Assembly: GCA_964619725.1 (NCBI GenBank)
Contig: CAZUFC010000010.1
Coordinates: 55,468 to 119,467, forward strand
From: an uncultured bacterium
GTDB lineage: Bacteria > CSSED10-310 > CAZUFC01
Length of the DNA: 64,000 nt
Direction of reading: 5' to 3'
The number at the start of each line of letters is the position of its first letter. Positions within the stretch are counted from its first letter, which is position 1. The notes below the pieces were generated by a model that saw only the letters and a list, made by a program, of their open reading frames with translations, made no database searches and had not been told where the DNA came from. Positions 1 through 8,782 of the stretch are shown one piece after another. A program made the translations under genes and the position numbers.

Positions 1-51
1 TTGCAACAGGTTATGCTGGAACTGGGAATACCTTTGCCCGGCAAGAGATAG
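1..51 (+). CDS. 3' end of an upstream gene (partial, ...LQQVMLELGIPLPGKR*); possibly family-4 uracil-DNA glycosylase
   Basis: Open frame from the window edge to TAG at 49-51, just before priA; product is only a guess from 16 residues and common synteny. Confidence 0.3.
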   Translation: MQQVMLELGIPLPGKR

Positions 52-96
52 CGGAAAATTTTTACCCATAAAAATTATTGATGCATCCTTATATTT

Positions 97-2613
97 GTGC
101 GAGCAATGGCGAGTAACGGTCAAACAGAGAAAAAAAATTCACTTACGGTCAGAGTCGTCGTTTCAGTTCCGTTATGGCAGCCCTTGAATTATTCGGTTCC
201 CGAAGAGATGAGAAGCAAGGTCAAAATAGGTCAAAGGGCTTTAGTGCCTTTGAATAAAAGGAACGTAACGGGAATCATCGTTGATGTGATCTCACGGGAT
301 CGCTGTGAAACGGAAATCAAAAAAATGAAGCTTGAACCGATAGGTGAAATACTGGATGAGCAGCCTGCTGCCGACAGACGCTTAATCAAGTTAACAAAAT
401 GGATGACCGAATATTACGTGAACAGATGGGAGCGGAACCTGCAACTCTGCCTGCCCAGGGGCAATGAAAAGTTAATCATAAAAAAAATTACCGCAACGGA
501 GAAACTGAAGGGAAGCACATTTAAAAAATCCCAGGATTACAAAAAATTGAATCCGGCGCAAAAGCAAATCATCGATTATCTGATATCGTTCGGCAGCACA
601 AACATAAAAATTATTGACGAAAAATTCGGGAAAAAAAATTGGGGCTCGATTTTACAATCTCTTGAAAAGAGGGGTTACGTTCGACTTTCCTGGAGTTTGA
701 AAAGCAATCAAGATTTGGAAAAGCTGAATACTTTCGTTAAGATAAATGACAAACTGGATGCAAGCGGCTCCATTGATTTGAACCTATCGACCAAGATGTG
801 GAACATACTGGAGTTTTTGGAAAAGCTTGGCGGTGAAGCGCCTGTGTCCACCCTTAGCAGAGAATTCAAAAACGTCTACAGCACGATCAACCGTTTGGCG
901 AATAAAGGATTGATTGTAAAAGAGAAACGTAGAATCTTCCGAAGGCCGGCGCTTCCATCGCAATCGCTTTTAAAAACGCTGGGCAAGGAACTTCTTGTGG
1001 AACAGCAAGCAGCATATGCTGCAATAAAAAGGGAGCTGGTTTCAGATAAGTATTCGTCGTTTCTGCTTTTTGGAGTAACGGGAAGCGGAAAGACGGAAAT
1101 ATATTTACAGGTTATCTCTGAGGTTCTGAGGCAAAACCGGCAGGCTCTTGTCCTTGTTCCTGAAATAGCGTTGACGCCTCAAATAATCAGGCGATTCACA
1201 GGTCGTTTCGGAAGCCGGATAGCCGTCATTCACAGTCGTTTGTCACGAGGTGAAAAATACGATGAATGGGAGCGAATACGGAAAGGCGAAGCGGATATAG
1301 TCATCGGCGCTCGCTCTGCTTTATTTGCTCCGCTGCGTAATCCAGGCATCATTATTGTGGATGAGGAACAGGACAGGTCCTACAAGCAGAATTCGGAACC
1401 CCGGTATAACGCGAGGGACCTGGCGGTGATGAGAGCCTATCAGAATCGCTGTTGCGTGTTACTGGGCTCGGCCACTCCGTCGGTTGAAAGCTATTACAAC
1501 GGACTGACCGGAAAATATACGATGTTGAAGCTGGAAAAGCGAGTGAACGAACGTCCTCTGCCGGACATCCGTATAATTGACATGAACAAGAGTCTCAAGA
1601 AAAGCAAAAAACAGCGCTCCAGCCTGTCCCAAGAAATGAAAGCGGCCATGATGAAAACTCTGGAACAAAAAGGGCAGATCATTTTACTTCTCAACCGCAG
1701 AGGTTATTCAACTCATATCTATTGCCGGCATTGCCGGGAAGGCATCTCATGCCCTCATTGCTCCGTCTCTATGGTTTATCATTCAAATGAAAACAAAATA
1801 ATGTGCCATCATTGCCTTTATACTTCACCTGCTCCGACTAAATGCCCTCGCTGCAGCGAAGAATTGCTCGAATACCGGGGAATGGGGATTCAAAAGCTGG
1901 AACAAGAATTAAATGAACTGTTTCCTTCTAATACGGTCCTGCGCATGGACAGGGACACAGTAACATCTAAGAATGCTTACAGCGATATCCTTGATGAATT
2001 TCGACACGGAAAAGCCGATATACTCATCGGAACCCAGATGGTTGCCAAAGGACATGATTTCGCCGGCGTCCTGCTCGTGGGAATTTTAGACGCAGACATC
2101 GGTCTAGGCATTCCAAACTTCAGGTCCGCTGAACAACTCTTCGCTCTTCTCACTCAAACCGCCGGTAGAACGGGTCGCGGAGATAGACCCGGCAGATGCC
2201 TCATCCAAACCCTTTGCCCGGATCATTATTCCGTTCAATTTGCTCAAAAACATGATTATAAAGGTTTCTACGATGCAGAGCTCTCTCTCAGAAAAAAATT
2301 GCACATGCCACCCTTCTCTTCACTCACGCTTATCAGACTGCAAAGTTCAAATAGAAAACTGGTACATCATACCGCCTACGATCTCAAATCAGAACTCCAG
2401 AAACACTCTACAAACCTCGCTGCGCTCTTCGGGCCTGCACCGGCGCCCGTTTTTAAATTAAAGGACGATTATCGCTGGCAGTTCCTCATTAAAACAGCCT
2501 CACGAAAAATGATGACGTCTTATTTGCATGCAATCCAGCCTCTCCTTCGAAAATTAGACAAAAAAAGAAACATCAAATTGGTGATTGATCGCGATCCGAT
2601 GGAAGTCTTTTAA
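97..2613 (+). CDS. priA: Primosomal protein N' (replication restart helicase)
   Basis: Walker A GVTGSGKT, LVPEIALTPQ, DEEQ box, GSATPS, LNRRG, four CxxC zinc pairs, GTQMVAKG, C-terminal IDRDP; alternative ATG at 106. Confidence 0.97.
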   Translation: MRAMASNGQTEKKNSLTVRVVVSVPLWQPLNYSVPEEMRSKVKIGQRALVPLNKRNVTGIIVDVISRDRCETEIKKMKLEPIGEILDEQPAADRRLIKLTKWMTEYYVNRWERNLQLCLPRGNEKLIIKKITATEKLKGSTFKKSQDYKKLNPAQKQIIDYLISFGSTNIKIIDEKFGKKNWGSILQSLEKRGYVRLSWSLKSNQDLEKLNTFVKINDKLDASGSIDLNLSTKMWNILEFLEKLGGEAPVSTLSREFKNVYSTINRLANKGLIVKEKRRIFRRPALPSQSLLKTLGKELLVEQQAAYAAIKRELVSDKYSSFLLFGVTGSGKTEIYLQVISEVLRQNRQALVLVPEIALTPQIIRRFTGRFGSRIAVIHSRLSRGEKYDEWERIRKGEADIVIGARSALFAPLRNPGIIIVDEEQDRSYKQNSEPRYNARDLAVMRAYQNRCCVLLGSATPSVESYYNGLTGKYTMLKLEKRVNERPLPDIRIIDMNKSLKKSKKQRSSLSQEMKAAMMKTLEQKGQIILLLNRRGYSTHIYCRHCREGISCPHCSVSMVYHSNENKIMCHHCLYTSPAPTKCPRCSEELLEYRGMGIQKLEQELNELFPSNTVLRMDRDTVTSKNAYSDILDEFRHGKADILIGTQMVAKGHDFAGVLLVGILDADIGLGIPNFRSAEQLFALLTQTAGRTGRGDRPGRCLIQTLCPDHYSVQFAQKHDYKGFYDAELSLRKKLHMPPFSSLTLIRLQSSNRKLVHHTAYDLKSELQKHSTNLAALFGPAPAPVFKLKDDYRWQFLIKTASRKMMTSYLHAIQPLLRKLDKKRNIKLVIDRDPMEVF

Positions 2614-2752
2614 ACGGAGTATGGCAATCAATGAAAAAATCGGAATGGATCACAGGGGTAATGCACTATTTGAGAAATGTTCTTCTCTTATAAGTGATAT
2701 CCGAGGCAGCCGCAGCCTGACGAAGCAGTAGAGAAAATTCACCCTTTATGGA

Positions 2753-3145
2753 TTATTTCCCGTCTTCATTTCGCCATCTCTCAAGCTTCTCAAAGGAAGC
2801 ATCCACGACTTTTGCCAGTACATCCAGTGAAACCGGTTTTGTAAAATAATCGTCAAAACCCGCTTCACGACAATCAGAAAGCTCGAAAAGAGATGCATAT
2901 CCGGTAACGGCAACAGTAACGGCTAGCGGAAAATCTTTTCTGATTAACCGGCATAACTCAATCCCGTTCTTTCCAGGCAACCTCAAATCAAGGACAAAAA
3001 CCCAAAATTTTTCCTTCTTCAGTATCTCCAGAGCCTCCTCTGCGCTTGCCGCAGCTTTTACTTTATAACCCGCCCTGGTGAGTCCCAGTGTGAAAGTGTC
3101 CCGGATTACGTCTTCATCCTCAACGATCATTATTTTCCTGTTCAT
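2753..3145 (-). CDS. Single-domain response regulator receiver (CheY-like)
   Basis: IMIVEDE, phospho-acceptor LDLRLPGKNG, VTGY, FTKP. Confidence 0.92.
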   Translation of the reverse strand: MNRKIMIVEDEDVIRDTFTLGLTRAGYKVKAAASAEEALEILKKEKFWVFVLDLRLPGKNGIELCRLIRKDFPLAVTVAVTGYASLFELSDCREAGFDDYFTKPVSLDVLAKVVDASFEKLERWRNEDGK

Positions 3146-3148
3146 GTT

Positions 3149-3859
3149 TCACATTCCTTCCCTTTTATATTGCACAACGTCCGCTTCATCGCTCGCTCCA
3201 TTTGCTGATGCTTTGTCGATATCTATAATATGACTTCTGTCATCCAAATATTTTTTCCTCTCATATCGAGTTATTCTCATGAGCTTGCTGGTTATATTTC
3301 CCAATCGATCAGTCTGCTGTTTAATTTTCTGAATAATTCTATAATGAGGATCATCTTCACGCATATCAGACATCAATAATTCCGAATATCCCGAAATGCC
3401 CTGCAGCGGTTGATTCATCTCGTGGCAAACAGCTCCCGCCATTTCCAGCGCTCCCTGTAATTTTTCTTTCACGCTCAGCTTCTCCTGAAGTTCGACGATT
3501 CGCCGGCCTACTGCTATTCGCGCCCGAAATTCATCCTTGTCGAAAGGTTTAGACACATAGTCGTCAGCCCCCGCTTCCAATCCCTCTATGATATCCTCCC
3601 GCTTGTCGCGGGCCGTCAGCAATATCACATACTTAGCATTATTCCCTTCCTCGCTTTTTAATTTCCGGCATATATCAACCCCGTCCATCCCGGGCATCAT
3701 CCAGTCCAATACCGCTATCCTGGGTGAAGCATTCTCCTGCAATATTTCCCAGGCTTCTTTGCCGTCAGTCGCTGTTACCACTTCATATCCCCATTTCTCA
3801 AGAGATGCACTCAATATCATTCTGGATGTCGCTTCATCCTCCGCTATTAATACGCGCAT
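3149..3859 (-). CDS. Receiver domain plus HisKA-like H-box helix, no ATPase domain
   Basis: MRVLIAEDE, LDWMMPGMDG, KPF, then CHEMNQPLQGISG; start moved to ATG 3859 behind a purine-rich RBS (ORF track gives 3988). Confidence 0.85.
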   Translation of the reverse strand: MRVLIAEDEATSRMILSASLEKWGYEVVTATDGKEAWEILQENASPRIAVLDWMMPGMDGVDICRKLKSEEGNNAKYVILLTARDKREDIIEGLEAGADDYVSKPFDKDEFRARIAVGRRIVELQEKLSVKEKLQGALEMAGAVCHEMNQPLQGISGYSELLMSDMREDDPHYRIIQKIKQQTDRLGNITSKLMRITRYERKKYLDDRSHIIDIDKASANGASDEADVVQYKREGM

Positions 3860-4241
3860 TCTTTTCACTCCTCTCCCTTCTCTCCTTGATCCTTCGGAAA
3901 ACGACACATCAGGCTTTCCATGCCTATTTTCGGAACCGCCCGAACTTTGACCATGGCAGGTCGGCCGGCCTTCTTCGCTTTTCATCACTCAACCCCTCAA
4001 TGAAAATGACGCTGACATAATTGTTCCGTCAAACTTTATCAGCGCAATTTTTGAATTTTGATTGTGCCCATCCGACTGAAATACAGCCTGCAGATGCGCC
4101 GACAAGTTAAAATATACGAAAGCAGCGCAGAAAGTCAAAAATTATAGATATTATCGGCAATTCTTGCAATTTAAGCTATCTGTTTGTAATATGTCTGATT
4201 TATGGGGTCGTCATTGTTATGGGGGGGAGCGATAATTATTT

Positions 4242-4733
4242 TCAGGAATCATTATTGGAGAATTCAGCCATTTGATTCATAGCCATAAAAACGGCATCGA
4301 GATATGGTTCGCATTTTGAGCGTTTTTGTTTAATGGTTTTGAGGGCATCAGAAATAGGCATTTTTTCAATGAAGACGAAATATGCGAGGACGACGAGGGG
4401 CGAGCGATTAATGCCTGCGGTGCAGTGAACGTAGACCCGGTGTCCCTGGTCCAGGAGCTTTTTAAGTTGCATAACGGCCTGGGGAAGAGCGGAGGCCTGA
4501 CTTCTGGGATCGAAATCTCTCATAGGGACGGATATTTTTATTAAATTGAGTTGTTCCGCTTTAAGATTCAGGGAGCGGACATTGATTTGATAACATTTGA
4601 GATCGTGATCATCCTGTAAGGAAAGTACTGCCGTGGCGTTGGTATGAATGACGATGTCGTCAAGGTCATCGTCTGTAAACGGACATGAGCCGATGATGAT
4701 CTGTTCGTTAATTTGATCACAATCGAAATTCAT
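4242..4733 (-). CDS. Dual-specificity phosphatase, glucan-phosphatase-like (SEX4/LSF2/laforin DSP domain)
   Basis: P-loop VYVHCTAGINRS, D-loop MRDFDP, N-terminal IIIGSCP and AVLSLQ; ATG 4733 has a GAGGGAGG RBS. Confidence 0.85.
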   Translation of the reverse strand: MNFDCDQINEQIIIGSCPFTDDDLDDIVIHTNATAVLSLQDDHDLKCYQINVRSLNLKAEQLNLIKISVPMRDFDPRSQASALPQAVMQLKKLLDQGHRVYVHCTAGINRSPLVVLAYFVFIEKMPISDALKTIKQKRSKCEPYLDAVFMAMNQMAEFSNNDS

Positions 4734-4902
4734 ATCACCCTCCCTCTTTTCTCCTCGAAAAATATACATGAGCTGAAAGTGTGATTCAAGGGAAAGCGGT
4801 TATTTTCCTGGGAAAATATTGACAAGAAGGGAGATATGTTATTATTTGTAATATTGCGGTCATTTCAGCGGCCGTGGATAGACATTTCAGACAGGGGAAA
4901 GG

Positions 4903-7698
4903 ATGTTAGACTATTTCAAAAAAGCAAAAGGGCGTTATATACAGTTGATGCAGCAGACGACAAGACCTCTGACGCTTGAGGAAAAAGAGGAGGTCATGAG
5001 GAGCATCGACAATGCGGCCCGTTTTCCGAGTCGAGTGATACTGGAGATGCTTTCGAAGGCTTACACGATAAAAGATGCCCGGATAAAGGCCGACAAGATC
5101 AAGCTTATTGAAGATATATTCGAGCTTTATCCTGTTCAGGGATTGATACAGCATCTGGCGGATTTGCTCGACAAGCCGATTGATGTAGTAACTAAGAGCA
5201 CTGTCCACAAATTGATAAGCCGTTTAGCGAATGCGGAAGAGCTTCAATCTCTTACGCTGCTGTTAAAGTCCCGTGATCCTGAGAATCGCACACTAGGGGC
5301 GTCGATACTGAATCAATATGCTGGAGAGGAAGTCTGTCGGATATTGAAGAATGAATTAAAAAAGGACGACTGGCGTAACAAATCCGAAGCATTAGATTTA
5401 TTGTTTGAATTTGGGGACGAGGATATCGTTGAATTTTGCGAAGCAATTTTGAAGACGGGAAAGGAGCCTGAAAAGCGAAACGTCGTAGGCATATTAACCC
5501 GAATAGGAACGACTGAAGCGGTGGAGTTGCTGTCTGAAGCGATTCCACACTCATCATTGCGATTACGCACGATAATAGCACAAGCTCTGACAGAGATAGG
5601 AACGACGGACACGGTAGAAGCATTGATCAAGTTATTGAACGACGATAAGGCGGTGGTAGTTTCGAGCGTGCTGCAGGGATTAACGCGCATAAACGACTCT
5701 CGGGTCATCGAAGCCATAAGCGAGGCGTTATCGCACAGGGAATTTTCTGTTCAGCTTCAGGCGATTGAGACATTAGGGCGCCTTGGTGATGAGAAGCAGG
5801 TACCGATTTTGATCAACAGGTTGAAGGATGAGGATTTTCGGATACGCCAGGCTGCCACTGAATCTCTTTATCAGATAGCCTTCAAGGAGGAGACGAATTT
5901 ATCGAAGTTACTGCTTGAATTAATGGTGGACAATGAGGTGAACGTTCGTCGTTGCGTTGCGGAATTGTTAAGGAAGATTCAGGATGAGAGTTTATTTGAC
6001 GAATTATTTGAATTTTTAAAGGACGAGGACTGGTGGGTAAGGGAAGCGATAGCGGAAACGCTTTCGAAGGTAAAAGACAATCGTGTAGTTCCTTCAGCGA
6101 TAAAGCTTTTAGAGTCGGACGATGAAATATTCAGACGTTACGGCATCGAGATATTGATAGGGATCAAGGACCGTCGAGCCGTCAAACCGATATTGAAGCT
6201 GCTTAATGATCCTGACTGGTGGGTAAGGGAACGTGCTGTCGAGGCGTTAGGATTTTTAGGCAATGTAAAGATCGTGCCGTTATTGATCAATCTTCTGAAA
6301 ATACCGGAACTAAGGTATGTAGCGACAAAATCTCTGGGGCAGATCGGCGATAAGCGAGCCGTCAGCCCCTTGCTGGATATCATCAACGATTCTGCGAGCG
6401 AAATTCAGAAGGTTATACTGGAGGCGTTGTCTGAATTGAATGCCGTTGAAGCGGCGGAAGATATCAAGGGTATGCTGATAAGTCCTGAAAGGGAAGTGCG
6501 TCTGAAAGCAAAAGATGTGTTGAATTATTTAAACATTGACCTCGGCGCTGACGTCGAAGTTTCTGACGCCTGGTGGGAAAAGCGAAAGATGGGACTTCTC
6601 GACGTACTTCTTCTTGAAACGAAAAAAGCAGGCGGAGCGGATTTAACATTAGTAACGGGATTACGGCCTTTTATGCGAGTAGACGGCGAGCTGTTCGAGA
6701 TGAAGCGCAATGCTTTAACGGAGGATCAGATTTTCAGATTAATCCGTCCGGCTCTCAGTCACGAGCAGGAGCAGGCATTGAATGATTCGCTCGATGTGGA
6801 TTTTTCCTACGAGATAACCGGAGAGGGCCGATTCAGGGGTAACATATGTAAAGAGCGCAACGGATTAAATGTTTCCATGCGTTTAATTCCAGACAAGGTC
6901 CCGGCGCTTGAGGAATTGAAAGTGCCTGAGATCATCAGCGGTTTCGGAAAGAAGCGTAAAGGGCTGATAATTTTCAGCGGACCTCCGGCATGCGGGAAAA
7001 CGACGACGATGGCTTCAATGATAAATCAGGTCAATCACAATCGTAATCTTAACATAATAACGATTGAGGACCCCATAGAATATTTATTCGAAAACGCTAA
7101 TTCGGTGATTACCCAGAGGGAGATCGGTTCGCATGCGATTTCCTTTACCTCAGCTATTGATGCTGCACTTCGAGAGGACCCTGACGTGATCATGGTCGGC
7201 GAAATGAGAGATTCTGAAACGATACGCATGACATTGGCTGCAGCCGAAACAGGGCATTTGGTTTTCGCAACGTTAAACTCGGTAAGCGCGCCCCAGGCGA
7301 TAGAGAGAATCATCGATTATTTTCCAACGAAAAACCAGGATCAAATTCGTCTTATGCTTGCCGACAATTTATGGGCCGTCGTATCTCAGCAGCTTTTATC
7401 CCGCAAAGACGGAAGCGGCAGGCATCCGGCATTCGAAATTCTTATGATCAACCAGGCGATAAGAAATCTTATTCGTGAAGACAAATTGTTCCAGGTACCC
7501 AGCCATATGACCACAAATCGAAGCATTGGAATGACCACGATGGACCATAGCCTGGCGAATCTCGTAAGGCAGGGGATTGTGTCTGCCGAGGAAGCCTATA
7601 TCAAGGCATTTGATAAGGATATTTTCCGACAGTACGTGGAAATCGAAAAGAAATCAGGAAACCGGTCATGGCAAGAATCGACACCTTCCTCAAATTAG
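4903..7698 (+). CDS. HEAT/PBS-lyase repeat protein fused to a C-terminal PilT/PilU-family pilus retraction ATPase
   Basis: About 540 aa of helical HEAT repeats (DEDWWVREAIAETL, DPDWWVRERAVEAL), then GPPACGKTT, EDPIE, REDPDVIMVGEMRD and AIRNLIRE. Confidence 0.9.
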   Translation: MLDYFKKAKGRYIQLMQQTTRPLTLEEKEEVMRSIDNAARFPSRVILEMLSKAYTIKDARIKADKIKLIEDIFELYPVQGLIQHLADLLDKPIDVVTKSTVHKLISRLANAEELQSLTLLLKSRDPENRTLGASILNQYAGEEVCRILKNELKKDDWRNKSEALDLLFEFGDEDIVEFCEAILKTGKEPEKRNVVGILTRIGTTEAVELLSEAIPHSSLRLRTIIAQALTEIGTTDTVEALIKLLNDDKAVVVSSVLQGLTRINDSRVIEAISEALSHREFSVQLQAIETLGRLGDEKQVPILINRLKDEDFRIRQAATESLYQIAFKEETNLSKLLLELMVDNEVNVRRCVAELLRKIQDESLFDELFEFLKDEDWWVREAIAETLSKVKDNRVVPSAIKLLESDDEIFRRYGIEILIGIKDRRAVKPILKLLNDPDWWVRERAVEALGFLGNVKIVPLLINLLKIPELRYVATKSLGQIGDKRAVSPLLDIINDSASEIQKVILEALSELNAVEAAEDIKGMLISPEREVRLKAKDVLNYLNIDLGADVEVSDAWWEKRKMGLLDVLLLETKKAGGADLTLVTGLRPFMRVDGELFEMKRNALTEDQIFRLIRPALSHEQEQALNDSLDVDFSYEITGEGRFRGNICKERNGLNVSMRLIPDKVPALEELKVPEIISGFGKKRKGLIIFSGPPACGKTTTMASMINQVNHNRNLNIITIEDPIEYLFENANSVITQREIGSHAISFTSAIDAALREDPDVIMVGEMRDSETIRMTLAAAETGHLVFATLNSVSAPQAIERIIDYFPTKNQDQIRLMLADNLWAVVSQQLLSRKDGSGRHPAFEILMINQAIRNLIREDKLFQVPSHMTTNRSIGMTTMDHSLANLVRQGIVSAEEAYIKAFDKDIFRQYVEIEKKSGNRSWQESTPSSN

Positions 7699-8741
7699 CC
7701 GCCGAACAGAAGGCTTCTGATTTTCATCTTATCGCGGGATCGCCGCCCATGATTCGAGTAAACGGCGACCTTTTTCATTTGAAATTTCGTCAAATTTCTC
7801 AATCTGATTGCAATAATTTTATCGAAGAAATTCTGACGAGCGACTTAAAGAAAAAACTGGAAGAGAAATTTGAGATCGATTTCAGTTATACCGTTAAAGG
7901 CGCATCCAGATTCCGGGTCAATGTTTTCACTCATAAGGACGGTTTAAGCGCCGTATTCAGGATTATTCCCGATCGGATTTCCACTCTGCAGGAATTAAAC
8001 TTACCCCATTCCATTAAAGAATTCGCGAATTTCGAGAAAGGACTCATTCTGATCACAGGTCCGACTGGCTGCGGAAAGTCAACGACCTTGGCGGCCATCA
8101 TCGACATCATTAACTCGGAAAAAAGGCGTCACATATTGACTATTGAAGAACCAATAGAATTTATCCACAAAAAGAAAAAATCTCTCGTATCCCAAAGAGA
8201 AGTAGGACTTCATACGCCGAATTTTGAAACGGCCCTGAGGTCTGCTGCCAGAGGCGCGGCAGACGTAATACTTGTAGGAGAAATGCGGAACCCGGAGACT
8301 ATTTCGCTCAGCTTGACATGCGCTGAAACAGGCTCATTAATATTAGGCACTCTCCATACAGACTCCACAGCCAGCGCCATTTCAAGACTGATCGATTCAT
8401 TTCCGCCGGATAGACAATCTCAGGTAAGAGCCATGCTGGCCATGTCGCTCAAAGGCGTCATCGCTCAACAATTGGTAAAGAAAAGCGGCGGCAGGATGCG
8501 CCTCCCAGCGGTTGAAGTCCTGTTCGGTTCGTCTGCTCTGGCTAACGTCATCAGAGAGGGAAAACTGCACCAGATCGCTTCACAGCTTGAAACTGCCGGC
8601 TCATCTAAAAACAAAATGATCTCAATGGATCAAAGCCTTCTCAGGTATGTTAAGCAAAAACAGATTTCACCTGAAACAGCTCTCTATCATGCATACAACC
8701 GCCCCAGGATGAAGAAAATTCTGGAAGCGCTCTCCATCTGA
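7668..8741 (+). CDS. pilT: PilT/PilU-family type IV pilus ATPase
   Basis: ASDFHL, RFRVNVF, GPTGCGKSTT, EEPIE, VGEMR, GTLHT; overlaps the upstream gene by 31 nt. Confidence 0.93.
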   Translation: MARIDTFLKLAAEQKASDFHLIAGSPPMIRVNGDLFHLKFRQISQSDCNNFIEEILTSDLKKKLEEKFEIDFSYTVKGASRFRVNVFTHKDGLSAVFRIIPDRISTLQELNLPHSIKEFANFEKGLILITGPTGCGKSTTLAAIIDIINSEKRRHILTIEEPIEFIHKKKKSLVSQREVGLHTPNFETALRSAARGAADVILVGEMRNPETISLSLTCAETGSLILGTLHTDSTASAISRLIDSFPPDRQSQVRAMLAMSLKGVIAQQLVKKSGGRMRLPAVEVLFGSSALANVIREGKLHQIASQLETAGSSKNKMISMDQSLLRYVKQKQISPETALYHAYNRPRMKKILEALSI

Positions 8742-8782
8742 ATCATATCTTTCCATAAGCCGAAGAGACAGGTTGTTCTTTT

